Shown here: positions 11,602 through 24,700 of the stretch, in pieces
How positions within the stretch are numbered: the stretch's first letter is position 1
How the letters are laid out: the number at the start of each line of letters is the position of its first letter
Source of the DNA: Welwitschia mirabilis
Taxonomy: Eukaryota
DNA: 43,880 nucleotides
Direction: 5' to 3'
NCBI GenBank assembly: GCA_051453625.1
Contig: JBOZIK010000001.1
Coordinates: forward strand, 16,308,150-16,352,029
Translations under genes and position numbers: made by a program
The notes under the pieces: generated by a model
What the model saw: only the letters and a program-made list of their open reading frames with translations
What the model was told of the DNA's origin: nothing
Databases searched by the model: none

Positions 11602-14058
11602 NNNNNNNNNNNNNNNNNNNNNNNNNNNNNNNNNNNNNNNNNNNNNNNNNNNNNNNNNNNNNNNNNNNNNNNNNNNNNNNNNNNNNNNNNNNNNNNNNNN
11701 NNNNNNNNNNNNNNNNNNNNNNNNNNNNNNNNNNNNNNNNNNNNNNNNNNNNNNNNNNNNNNNNNNNNNNNNNNNNNNNNNNNNNNNNNNNNNNNNNNNN
11801 NNNNNNNNNNNNNNNNNNNNNNNNNNNNNNNNNNNNNNNNNNNNNNNNNNNNNNNNNNNNNNNNNNNNNNNNNNNNNNNNNNNNNNNNNNNNNNNNNNNN
11901 NNNNNNNNNNNNNNNNNNNNNNNNNNNNNNNNNNNNNNNNNNNNNNNNNNNNNNNNNNNNNNNNNNNNNNNNNNNNNNNNNNNNNNNNNNNNNNNNNNNN
12001 NNNNNNNNNNNNNNNNNNNNNNNNNNNNNNNNNNNNNNNNNNNNNNNNNNNNNNNNNNNNNNNNNNNNNNNNNNNNNNNNNNNNNNNNNNNNNNNNNNNN
12101 NNNNNNNNNNNNNNNNNNNNNNNNNNNNNNNNNNNNNNNNNNNNNNNNNNNNNNNNNNNNNNNNNNNNNNNNNNNNNNNNNNNNNNNNNNNNNNNNNNNN
12201 NNNNNNNNNNNNNNNNNNNNNNNNNNNNNNNNNNNNNNNNNNNNNNNNNNNNNNNNNNNNNNNNNNNNNNNNNNNNNNNNNNNNNNNNNNNNNNNNNNNN
12301 NNNNNNNNNATTTTTCAATATCCTTTCCTATTTTGTTCATTTTCTTTGTTCCTCTTTAAAAGGAGTTGGTAAATTTTCATCCTTTTTAACCTTAGAATTT
12401 AAGGTCTAAAAAGTAAGCTCCTTGAGAGAACAACACTTATGTATCCTCCTCCAGATTGACTCTTCTCTTCTTCTTAAAATATTAAAACTTTGAAGATTTA
12501 GATCATATACAATGGGTAATTTATGCCCTTCTTCTTATTCTCACCCCTCAAAAATAAATATTTTATTAATTTCTTTCTTTCTTTATAACAAGAGTTATTA
12601 AGAGAAAAGGTCATAAACGTATGGTCAAAAAATGGTAATTCAAATGGCCTTAAAGTGGGAAAATTAGGGCAATTTAAGAAATAACAACCATCATTGAATG
12701 AGAGGGAAAAATGTAAGGTATTCTTTCATTAGCTGTAAAATCTTCTGTGATTCACCAAGAAAATAGCAAGACTGATTTTCCTCAACTTGTAAAGACAGTA
12801 GGCAGGTATCTTTTTGCATTGGCTACATGTTGTGTTCGGTTGTGTTTGTTTCTTTTTTTTGCCGTTCTCTCTTTCCCTTCTACTATGTATTACCTGCGCT
12901 GCTGATTCATTTTGCTTGTGTTTTGTCTAGTGTTTCTATGCTATATTCTTTTGCTATCTCTACATCTGACATTTTCAATTCCTCCCTCTACGTTCTACTG
13001 TGGATCTAAAGCAAAAAATGTAAGAGGAGCTAGAATAACATGCATCACACATTACATTAACAATTAGAGTTAAATTTTAAAAGAATGGCAGATCCCAGTT
13101 GTTCTGAATTAGATACGCTACAGATCCTAAATACCCTCGCTTCACTTCTTTGTAGTATTATTCAAAGGTGGAACCATAAGAAGCATAGACTATAAGCTCA
13201 GTTTCTTTCAAATTTTCTTAATCTAAAACTCTGCATAGTACCTCTGTTCCACAATACTTCAGAGCTGCGACTATGGCTAAGGCTATGGCTGTGGTAGCAG
13301 CTATGACTGCGGATCTGGCGCTTCTTCTTTGTAGTGTGTGGTGCTCCTAACTGAAATTAAGGATAAGAGTAACCACAAAATGGAGGAGCGTGTCTAGAAT
13401 AGAGGGTCTCAGTCCTTAGTGTACTTGTCTCTCATGTGCTATTTTTGTGATGATGAGCTTCTGTTACTACGCTGTTGCCTTGCTCTCTATTGGGCATTTT
13501 TTTTTATTCTATTGTTCACCTTTTCTTCTTATTTCAAGATCTTCCCATGTTATGCTCTAATACCAATTGAAGGGTTTTAGGGAACCCTCAAGCCAGACAA
13601 CAATGGAACAAAAGATAAATCAATAAAATATAGCTCACCTTTTTTATTCATATGAAAGGGTTTAAATACACTCAAAGTGTAATAAAATATAGATAGAATA
13701 GGGTAGCGGAAGAGGGAAATCAGGAGATCTTAAATATAGATAGTAATGAAAGAGAAGAATGAGAGAGTATAAGAGGAGGGATGAGGAAGAGATGAGGGAG
13801 TTGTTATATCCACTCCTATAAAAACAATTTTTCTAATAGTTAATATGATACCTAGATTATCTTTAATATAAATAGGTATATATTTTATCTTGTATTTAAG
13901 CATGATATGAGTCATTTACCTCCTTTACTTGTAAAAGTCACTTATGAATGTATTTTTATATATATTTCAAATAAATAAGAATTACTCACTTAAATATTTA
14001 ATAAAAGCATTTGTAAAATAATAAGTTTATAGTTGTAAATTTTTTAAGATGTTACATT

Positions 14059-14070
14059 TGGTATCAGAGC
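14059..14070 (+). other. tRNA-iMet primer-binding site (perfect)
   Basis: TGGTATCAGAGC 2 bp after the LTR A end. Confidence 0.95.
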
Positions 14071-15000
14071 ACTAGGTTATGATTTATTTAGGAGTTTTGA
14101 AGATATTAGACATCAGAATGTAGGTTGCAACTTTACTAAAAATGATTAGTATGAAGCCATTGTGAGATCCTAGGTCTAATTTTTCTAGGCATAATTGTTG
14201 TGAAGCTTTTCCTACAAGTTGGATGATAGAAGCTTTATCTATGATCAACTTGCCTATTAATACAATCTCATTAATCAACTTTGAAGAACAATATTTATTT
14301 AGAATTAAAAGAACATATTGCTTTTACAATTTCTAGTTAAGTTAGCAAGTAAATTTCTTCCATTAAATACTATCTTAGGATATGCATAATAGAACTATTA
14401 TTTCAAGGATAGTTTAAGATTAAATAATAATTTCAAATATAAAAGATTCCTTTATTGCATAAATTTCTTATGATTAATTAAGGCTAGAAATATAATAATA
14501 ATGGAGAATGTACTTACTCATGTACATCTAGTTAGTAATACTACTTTAATAAATCCATTTATCAATCATTAAGAACATTTCTTACAAATCAAGCTACTTT
14601 TATTTGTGTGCTAAATCAAAGTAGAACTTATAGATCTAGGGAAAAAAAATGTTTTTCATTCATTAAAGAACCTTTGAAGTAACTTGTGAAGTCTAAACTA
14701 GAATGAACTATTAAACATGTCAAGTATTTTTTCTAGTAATAATGATTAATCTAGGTCTAGGACTCAATTTTCGTGGATGTTCCAATAAAGGATTATGCAT
14801 GAAATCATTATTTTTCAGGCTGGGACTCTACTTTATCATCATTAATCTTCTTATCTTTATTTGAAGAGAAACAAGATTGTATTATTCATTTGCATATGAG
14901 AAATCTATGTACAGAGAAAAACACCATTCATGGTCATGATGGTTATAAATTTAATAGCTAAAGAATTCTCATGTAAGGCAGAGATATGGTGGTCAATCTT

Positions 15001-18000
15001 TATTGCAGTGTGAATTTATGCAATTTTGAAGTTCTTTAGGTAACCCTATAAATCAAATAACTTATAGACAACACACACTAGTATAGATAGGAGTTCATTC
15101 AAATGTCAAAATCCCAATTAAGGCACTAGGCTAAGAGTTAGAGAATTAATTTACAAGATTTTTTTGGTCTTTTATCTTATAAAAACTAGAAGTAAATAAA
15201 TAAGTAAAGGCAATGCAATTTAATGGAAATGGAATGCAAGTGGAAATGGAATGAACTCCCTTGATTCATAATCCTCTTGTTATAACAACTATCTTCTATG
15301 TAATTTAAATTAGTTAAGAGGAGTATTCAACTAGTTCTTAACCAACATGAACTATGAGAACTAGCAAGTAGAATATAGAATGTAATGTGAAATGGAATGA
15401 AATAGCAATGCAAATCTAATACTAACCAAGATTAATCTTAACAAATGTTGCCATTATGATCTAGATAAATCATAGAATTACCACTCTAAACTATGATCAA
15501 TGTAAACCATAAGGGTCATCATAGAAAATAGAAATTATATTGATTTAAAGAGTTATTGGATTAAATTCAAGAACTTTACATCCACTTATAATAAAATAGT
15601 AGCTCTTCAATAGAAGATACTCAATCTAACACTAAGAGAACTTCTTTCTATAGCCGCTGGATGGACCTCTTGTTCTTTAATCCTCTATCACAAGCATATC
15701 AGGTACAAAAGATGGAAATAAAAATGAATGAGAAAAAGGGTATTTATAGTTTTACATTGAGGTTGTAAAAACTCATACCTAGAAGTCGAAAAATAAACTC
15801 TAATAACCCAAATGATTTGCTTAATCTCATTATAAAGATAATTCTTTTCATCCATAGAAAAATAGCTATCATCCTGGCTATAATGATGATGATAGTGGGG
15901 ACATCAGCCTATATCAAAATGTACATCATCAGCCTTATGCCTAACTATCAACTCCATAGCTTCTATTTATGTTAGTAGAGTTATCATCTTGTCTATCATG
16001 GAAATGACATAGGTGATGACAAGCTTCCCTATCTTCAATCTCAAAGATAAGCTAATCTCTTGCATGATGAATTCTTCTTCCAAATATGCAATATTAAGAT
16101 AAGTCTGAGAAACTGGTAAAAATGGTAAGAATTTCATGTTTCATTGATCATTCTATCACATCTCTATAATCATCAATATTGCATACAAACCTATGTAAAT
16201 GTCCTACAAAAGCTATTAAAATACACCATTAAATTCTTATAAATTTCATCGCAACATAGCCCTCTACTTAGCCTTATCAGTCCTTGACAAAATAAGCGAT
16301 TAACTAGATTGTAAGCCAATTTGACTGAGATAAAATAGTATTGAAAAGATGTAAATTAAGTTCTATTAAATCATGTAAGAAATGATATTACAAATAGATA
16401 ACTAATATAAATTTTGAAAAATTTCCCTATGCCCCTTACTTAAGCATTTCACTATAGAATAAATGAATTTCATACACATACAAAAGTCATAAAAAAGTAA
16501 CTTTGATAGATTATAGAATGAAAAAATACATGCATATTATAGAAATAGTGATGATGGACTGATGTGACAAACTTAAGTAATCCTATGCTTCAAATAGTAA
16601 TGTATTTAAGTTCATTAGTATCATCATAAGGGCAAATTACAAGAGTTGATATAGAACTTTTTATGTGATCTAAAACATGACTATGGGAAAACTTTATGAG
16701 TGTGCTACTAGATCCTGTAAGATAAAGTTCATGAATGCTCCATAAATTTATTCAATTAACATGAAAACCTAATCCAAATAACCCATTATAAATTTAGATT
16801 ATGAAAGCTTATAATATGAAAAATTTATGCTCAAAATCATAGAATAACACCTAGAAAGATGTTCTACTTCCCTCTTCCATAGGAGACGCAAGACATCCCA
16901 AATTACACTAAGAATAAAGAAGGAGTGTATCTTGTCTGTCATTGGAATAATAGGCATGGGATGATAGTCATCAAATAAGCTATTTGGAGAAAAAAGTGAA
17001 ACCAAAGATATCCTAAAAACAAACAAACATAGAAAAACAATAGAAAGAAAATAGAAAATAAGAAGAAAGTGAAGAAATATCCTGAATAACATCTTCATGG
17101 TGGAGAAGAAAAAGTGCAAAAGTAGAAGTAAATGTACTAAGTCGAAATAAGAAATGCTTAAAGGCTCCTCAAATATGCCTAAACTCATAAGAAAGACAAA
17201 CTAGAACTCATCAAATCATGGAAACCTATTAGAAAGAAGATAACGATACTCTAGAGAAATTATGAAAAAATATCAATAAGGAACTAGAAAATTATTAGAT
17301 CCATAATATGATGCTAAAAGAGTATGAAAATTAACTCTGACATATCCAAAAAAATAACTAAATAAAACTAAAATAAAAATGAACAACTAGAAACATGAAG
17401 AAGATTGCTTTCTTTCCCTAAATTCTAACCTAACAAATTCCCTTGGTAATAATCATAAAATCACTTATTGAAAGATGCATGATAATATGTAGTAATTATA
17501 AAGTATCACTCAATTAGGCAATGATTATGATGATGTCAAGCATGTCTAATGTTATCAAACAATGAATGATAAGATAAAAAGCTATTTAAAATAGGAACTC
17601 ATAATCTATCATCTCAAAATAACCCTAGAATCTAAAAAAGTAAAGTGATAATGTGGAAGTACTATAAATAAGTAAAAATAAGTCTTGAAAAAAAGCAATA
17701 TCTTTAATGACACTAGTGAAATCATTGATCTCATAGCCTCAAAGTACATTTTTATTTTACCATGATGAGGAGAGTGCACCCACTATCACAGGAGTAAGGA
17801 CTTGCATAACATATCAATTTATCCCTTAATGGAGTTCTCATAGCTATCATATTGCACTGCCAAAGGCTCCTCTTAAGAATATTTACACTGTGTGCTTTTA
17901 GTAGGACATAATAAGGGTCATGTTTTGAGATATAACATGAAAGTGCATGACCTTTTTTTTATTTTTTCCTTGAAATTTTACATGACTAAGTACTTGTAAA

Positions 18001-21000
18001 GATAAAATTGAAGTAATGATATGAGTAACAAAGTAAGAACATGTAAAAAACAACTAATTAATCATATCACTAAATAAAATAACCAAGCCATCTTCCTTTT
18101 AAAATGAAATTCATAGACATACAAATGTCTGAAGATTGGATGAAGTCAATCTTATCATTGAAAATGCCTAAGTAAAAGATTGGATGTAGTTAATCTTCAA
18201 AGTTAAACTTAGTTCCTGTGTTTTTTTAGCAACATTAAAAACTCTAATGGTAATTTGTTTATTATCAAAATGGTATCTCATCATCCTGAATCGTGTGTCA
18301 ATGATACATTGGGAAGTTGCACAAAAGGTTCTTCCTAAAAGGAGTGGATATCCTTCATCATATTCTATCTCAATTATGACAACATCGATGGGGTAAAAAT
18401 CTTTTTCAATTTGGACAATTAGGTCTTTGATAATTTCTAATGATTTCTTGATTAAGGTATCACCCAATTCCAAGATGATCAGTGTAGGTTAGACTCTTTT
18501 TTCTAACCCAATTCTCTTACATATGTGGAGAGGTATAATTTTTACACTTACTTCTATGTCAATTAAATCTTTTTAAATTATTTTATTTACTTATAAGATA
18601 ATACTTATAGTTGTAGCCCCAGGGTCTATGAATTTAGGACATTTTTGCATAACTAAGTTAAAAAGAGATTGGATAAGAAAAACTTTACTTGGAATGATAT
18701 ATTTTTTCTTTGTTCTTACTAAATCCTTTCATAACTTAGAATATTTAGGATTTTCTTATAAGAGTTTCCAAAGGGTAAGTTGATGTTTACTCTTGCATCA
18801 AAGCTTTCTAGTGTTCATCAAATATAGGATTTGTACTTAATCGATTAAGCCAAGGAATGGATGGTTTCTTTCCTTTGTTTTCTTATGAAGTATTTTAGGT
18901 GGAGGATTTAGTAGATGATGTTGATGAAAGGTTGTATGAATATAAAATTTCTACATCATCTTCCTCATTTATTTCATTATTTTTAGAAGTTGAAACCTCA
19001 TGGGTAGAGGTGTTGTATCTTATCCACTTCTTGTTAATATTTTCAAATCTCTACTAACTTCATTTGTGTTGGGTAATGGTTGAGATGCAAGAGACTTTGT
19101 GGTCTTTGGTTAGTAAGCATTATTTGTTAAAACACATTTACTAAGTTCTCAATATTACTATTAGTTTTTTCTTACACTTTTCTCATCTCTTCTGTGGATT
19201 CTCTAAGTGGATCATTCTGATTTTGTTGAAAATTAGGTTGAAAGTTGGAATTCCTAANNNNNNNNNNNNNNNNNNNNNNNNNNNNNNNNNNNNNNNNNNN
19301 NNNNNNNNNNNNNNNNNNNNNNNNNNNNNNNNNNNNNNNNNNNNNNNNNNNNNNNNNTGACTTCTTACATTAAAGCTTTTAAGTATTTATCAAAGGAAGG
19401 ATTTGTATTCAATCTATTAAGTCAATAAGTGGATGGTTTCTTTCCTTTGTTTTCTTGTGAATTTTTTTAGTGGAGGCTTTAGTAGGTGATGTTGATGGAA
19501 GGTTGTATGAATCTAAAATTTTAACATCATCTTCCTTATTTATTTCTTTTTTTTTGAGTTAAAACCTCCTTGTTAAGTAGTGTTGCATCATTTCCACTTC
19601 TTATTACTATTTTCCAGTCTCTTCTAAGTTCATTTGCATTGGGCAATGATTTGGATGCAAGAGACCCTTGTAATTGTTGGTTGGCAAGCATTGTTTCTTG
19701 AAGAATATTCATTACGTTTTTAGTATTGCTATTGGTTTTCTCAATGTTATTATTAGTTCTTTCAATATTACTATTGGTGTTATTTTTCATTCTCTTTAAC
19801 TCCTCTATGAATTTCCTCAGTGGATTATTTAGATTTTGTTGAAAATTTGAATTTTAAATCTATTTTCAAAAGGTTTTCATTAAGATTATTCATCCAATAT
19901 TTTTTAAAATTGTGGTTGACTTTTAAAATTATGCATTCTTTGGTTGAAGGAATAAACTTTCTCAAACATCCTTTTCTTACAAGTTAGTAATAAAGGACAT
20001 TCTTTTGTTGGATGAGAGTCATCTTCATAAATTTCACAATTTGCAATTAAGTTTTCATTCTTTACCTCTTTTTCATCAATTATAATTTGTGTATACTTCT
20101 CTAGAGTAGTAATAAAATCTTTCATCAAGTTGGTTAAGTCCTCTTTTTCTTCTTCCTTGTCATGTTTCACTTCCTTTAAATATTTTAGAATTTGACCTAT
20201 AGTGTAATTCTTTTTAGTGGCCTTGGGCTAAGTTTGACTTATTTTAACCAAGTTTTTTAACATACTTCATGCATAATATAGGCCTAAATTCAATAGGTTG
20301 CTTGCATAATAAAAATCTACAAGTTAATTTATTAAAGAATTTAATCGACTATAGAAATAATTAATTAGCCCTTTCTTACAATTCATAAATAGGATTGGAA
20401 TGGCTAGCTATGATAAAACATTCATAGGCTATTGTATAATCCTCATGATGTTGTTATTAAAAGTTGATTACTTCTTTTGTTCTTTTTTTCATGGAATGTT
20501 CTCTTAAAAAACATTTGATAAATACTTATTGTATTTGACTCCAAGGTTTAAGACTTTTATGTGATTTAGTTTTAAGCTAAATTTTTTCTCTTAAGCCAAA
20601 TTTTTTCTCTTCCTCTAAGTGTAAATGGAAAAATAATCATATAAGTATAGTCATTAATAGATTTCTTTATATTTTCCAAGGTGAGTACAAGTTGTTCAAT
20701 ATCAGCCAAATGTTGAAAGAGGTCTTCCTATGGTTCCCCTGAAAATATTGTATAAGAACTTAAATTTCTTAATTCTACATCATCTTTGAGAGGTAAATCA
20801 AAAGGATTCTGAATTTCATGTTTTCTATTTTTAATTAAATTACTAAGAGTTACATTTATATTTGAGGAAAAATTTTCTATTATGATTGGTGCATTAAACA
20901 AAGTAACTTACTTTTATTTCTATGAATATTTTGATAAATTTGACATATTCAAAGAAGAAATAACATAATCTACTTCTATACTATAATTTTTTTTTTCAAA

Positions 21001-22993
21001 ATATGATTTTAAAACAATGAAAGTAAAAAAATATTCTTCTTCAATTTTGAGAATTTACATACCTAGGGTGTGTGTACCTAGATTTAGCTCAAAGTTAGAT
21101 AATCCTTCTCTAATGTTTTCTTTGATTAGGTTTTTTTTCTCTTTGATATTTTATCTCTCTACTAGAATTAACTATGTCTTTACATACTAAAAAAATAAAT
21201 CAAAAACTAAAATAAAAATCATTAGATCATCGACTACCTAGTCGTCAGATGATAGCAAGGACAATGATCACAATAATAGAAATCTAAACTTAGAAAATTT
21301 ACTGATAGCAAAAAAAGACTAGACTATTATCTAGACTATAATTGGAATGATAGATAAAATGATAATTTATTTAAAATTTAAAAAGGAAAATTACAAAATG
21401 TAAAAAAGATTATCAGAAAACTAAATTGTCATCTAATCTATCATGGAGACAATGAAGAAGATGACAATATTTTTATTACTGAACTAAAAATATAAGAAAA
21501 TTGCAAAAATAAAAAACTAATTTTGAAATTTTAGAACAGTCATTCCCATTTTCATTTGAATGATAGAGAGAATGACAATGTCCTTAATAAACATTATGGA
21601 AAATAAAATTTTATTAAACCTACTTTAAACTAAACTAGGAATACAGAATTAATTCAAATAAATAACTTGAACAAAATATTCAAATTACTTATTTGGTTAA
21701 TAAAAATTCTCTAGCTTCTTAAGGCTTTCCCTAGAAATGGAGATAAAATATTGCTATATGAATTTATGCAATTCTAAAGTTTTTTAGGTAAAATTATAAA
21801 TCAAATAACTTGTATAAAAAACACAATAGTATAGATGGGAGTTCACCTAAATGTCATAATCCCAATGAAGGCACTAGGCTAAGAGTTAGAGAATTGATTT
21901 TCAGGATGTTTTTGGTCTTTTATATTATAAAAATTAAAAGTAAAAACATAATTAAATGCAATGCAATTGAATTGAAATGAAATATAAGTGGAAATAGAAT
22001 GAACTTCCTTGGTTCTTATCCTTCTATTATAAAGACTAGCTTCTCTATAATCTAGATTAATTAAGAAGAGTTTTCAACTAGTTCTTAACCAATATGAACT
22101 ATGATATCTACCAAGTAGAATATATAATGCAATGGGAAATGGAATGAAATGAAAATCTAATACTAACCAAGAATAATCTTAACAAATTTTGTCATTATGA
22201 TTTAGATAAATCATAGAATTGTTACTCTAAACTATGATCAATGTAAACCATAAGGGTCATCACAGAATTGAAATGAAAATAAAAATTATGTTGATTCAAA
22301 GAGTACTTAAAATAAATTCAAGAATTTTACATCCACTTATAATAAAATAGTAGCTTCTCAATAGAAGAGACTTAGCCTAAAACTAAGAGAACTCATTTTT
22401 GTAGCTACTAGATGAACCTCTTATTCTTCAATCCTTTATCACAAGCATCTCAATTACAAAATATGGAAAAAAAAATGGAGGAGGGAAAGGGTATATATAG
22501 TTTTACATTGAGGTTTCCCTAGAAGTTAGAAAAGAAAACCTAATAGCCCAAATTATTTGCTTGACTCCATTATAAAGATAATTTTTTTTAATCATAGAAA
22601 AATAGCTATCATCTTGACTATCATGGTGACGACAGTGGGGACATCACACTACATCAAAAGGTACATCATCAGCCTCATGCCCCACTGTCTAATCCATAGC
22701 TTCCATCCATGGCAACAATGCTATTATCTTTCTTGTCATGGCAGAACATTAGGGATGACAGGATTTCATATCTCCAATCTCAAAGGTAAGTCATTCTCTA
22801 TCATTATGAATTCTTCTTTCAAATATGTATTAGAATAAGCCTAAGAAATTAGCAAAAATTCTAAGAATTGCATGTTTAATTGATCATCCTATTAGATCTC
22901 TATAATCATCAGTATTGCATCCAAACCTATGTAAATGTCCTCTAAAAGAACCCAAAATACACCATCGAATTCCTAGAAATTGGCATCACAACA
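15001..22993 (-). mobile_element. Athila-like Ty3/gypsy element with gag+protease only, nested in internal region 1
   Basis: LTRs 15001-16256 and 21749-22993 (TATTGC...CAACA). TSD ATCTT/ATATT; the empty site in internal region 2 reads GTCTT (~30603). Decayed Athila-type PBS at ~21728-21745 (minus TATCTCCATTTCTAGGGA vs TGGCGCCGTTGCCGGGGA). PPT-like AAGTAGAGGG next to 16257. Confidence 0.88.
18168..20800 (-). pseudogene. Athila-type gag and aspartic protease, decayed
   Basis: Gag: YFQG..EDLFQHLADI, IFPFTLRGREKIWL, CEIYEDDSHPTKEC. Protease: KFIDPG, LIDIEVSVKIIP (LCDLGASVNLMP), ...FYPIDVVII...PLLLGRTFCATSQCIID. Confidence 0.9.
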
Positions 22994-24520
22994 ATATTTA
23001 TTTATTCCTTTGCCACAAAAAGATAATAGTTATAGCTTTTCACCTATATGATGTAGTGAATATATGGTTATTATCAATGGTTTTTCAAAATTTCTAATTT
23101 AAGAGGGGGAATCAACATTTAATTCTTAAAAGAGACATAATGGCAAGGGGAAATGAAATAATGCAAGGAAGAAGGAATGAAAATGGAATTCTGAGTGCCT
23201 AATCCATTATTTCTATTGGATTTAATGCACTCAAAAACAATAAGAGATATTATTAGAATGTCTTATTGTCACATTTGCACCATGCAAAAATAGGGATAGG
23301 TTTTATGAAAGAAATTATAAATAATTTATATCCTCTAAGATGGAAGTAGAGGTAAAAAGGAAAACAAATCATTTTTTTAAGTTTCCTCTAATTCTAGTAT
23401 CACCTATACTAGGAGCATCTCATAGGTTTCTTAGAAATATATAAAAAAGACAAAGCCTCCTGAAGTTTAATTTTCTCTACATATTTCAAACATAGATGAT
23501 GGTATTTTACTAGGAATGTTTTTAACATAATATATTATTAAAATATCATATATTCCAATGTAATAATTCCAAGACTCTTATAGAATGGACTATCATAGGA
23601 AGCATGATAACTATTCAATGAAATGGAATAGAAATTTTGCATCATGTATAGTGCTAATCATTGCTTATCACCTTTCAAATGAAGATCTTCTTTTTTTTCT
23701 TTAAGTCCTATTATTTTACTATGTGAACATAGGTTTAGTTTCCAACCAAGCTATGTGCATAATTCACCAAGATAACCCCCCTTAATTGCACTCCTTGTCA
23801 GTTTATCATGCTTTGCTGGCACCTCCTCTGGTTCTTGTTTTTATTTCCTTGAGTGCACTATGTTGTCTACCATAGTTACTAACCTATTATAGTATCTTAT
23901 TAGTAGTACAAGGACTTCTAAGAAGGTAGAAAAGAGGAAATTTAATGGTTTGTCTAATTTCTATCAAAAAATAAGTTATTAAATAATTGTGGACTTGCTG
24001 GTCTTATTTGATAATCTAATATATTATGTATTAAAATTATCACTTAAATTAGTTTGATTACCAGAAAATTTTATTTCAAATCTTGGATATGTAAAATCAT
24101 CAAGAAAAGGAGGTCTTTAATGACATTTATTAGATTATTAAAAACTTTTAGATCTAGTTCAACATCAACATGGACTAATATTTTTCTTAGTTTACATAAA
24201 TTAGTAGCTTATCTAATCACTTACATTCTATATAATTCTTCCTTCATCTCCTATCACTTGATTAGGCATGCTACTTTTGATCTAAAATATCAATAGAAGA
24301 CTTTTGTTTCTTGATGCCTACATTGAAAGCAGTACTAGATCTCTTAGTATGATATGAAAACTGAATGGTATAACTAAATCATTAATGCACTATTCTCTAA
24401 TTTTGAGAAATACCTTATATAATTGATAAGAGAGAATAGTAAGCTGTAACTTTTAGAAAGCATATTAGTAATGTTTTAATACTTAATACTTAACTCAAAT
24501 GATAATAAAATAAATGAAAT

Positions 24521-24700
24521 GATAAAATAATAGCAACATGACCTACTACAACTTCTACAATATGAAGTTCTTGAGAAGTTTAATGCCTACTACAACATCT
24601 TTTCTAGATCTTATGATTGATGTGCATAAGATAAAATAATAGCAACATGGCCTACTTCAACTTCTACAATATGAAGCTCTCAAGAAGTCTAGTACTTACT
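24521..24700. repeat. 109-bp-period tandem duplication in the LARD internal region (also at 32145-32330)
   Basis: GATAAAATAATAGCAACATG... at 24521 and 24630; equivalent starts at 32145 and 32254. Confidence 0.9.

Larger units (their letters stand above)
10664..13838 (-). mobile_element. Gag-only non-autonomous copia-type LTR element (TR-GAG-like)
   Basis: LTRs 10664-10936 and 13568-13838 (~270 bp). PBS TGGTATTAGAGC on the minus strand at 13554-13565. PPT-like TCAAGATGGGG at 10937-10947. TSD ATTAA/GTTAA; the unoccupied site in LTR B reads GTCAA. Confidence 0.88.
9106..14056 (+). repeat. LTR A of tandem element (interrupted by the insertion at 10664-13838)
   Basis: Collinear with 27832-29670 and 36642-38477; ends GATGTTACA followed by TT-TGGTATCAGAGC. 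Confidence 0.9.

Noticed and set aside
14940-15000. PPYLCLT*EFFS as an Athila-ORF1/Transposase_32-like motif on the minus strand
   Set aside because: Not retained in the homologous position of internal copy 2
16799-17188. 129-aa hydrophobic ORF as an Athila env-like gene
   Set aside because: F/L/I richness is explained by T-rich sequence and no motif is recognised; the position is compatible but evidence is insufficient
2430-22993. Athila pol (2.4-5.1 kb) and Athila gag-PR (18.2-20.8 kb) as halves of one element
   Set aside because: Opposite strands, and the gag-PR element is self-contained with its own LTRs and TSD
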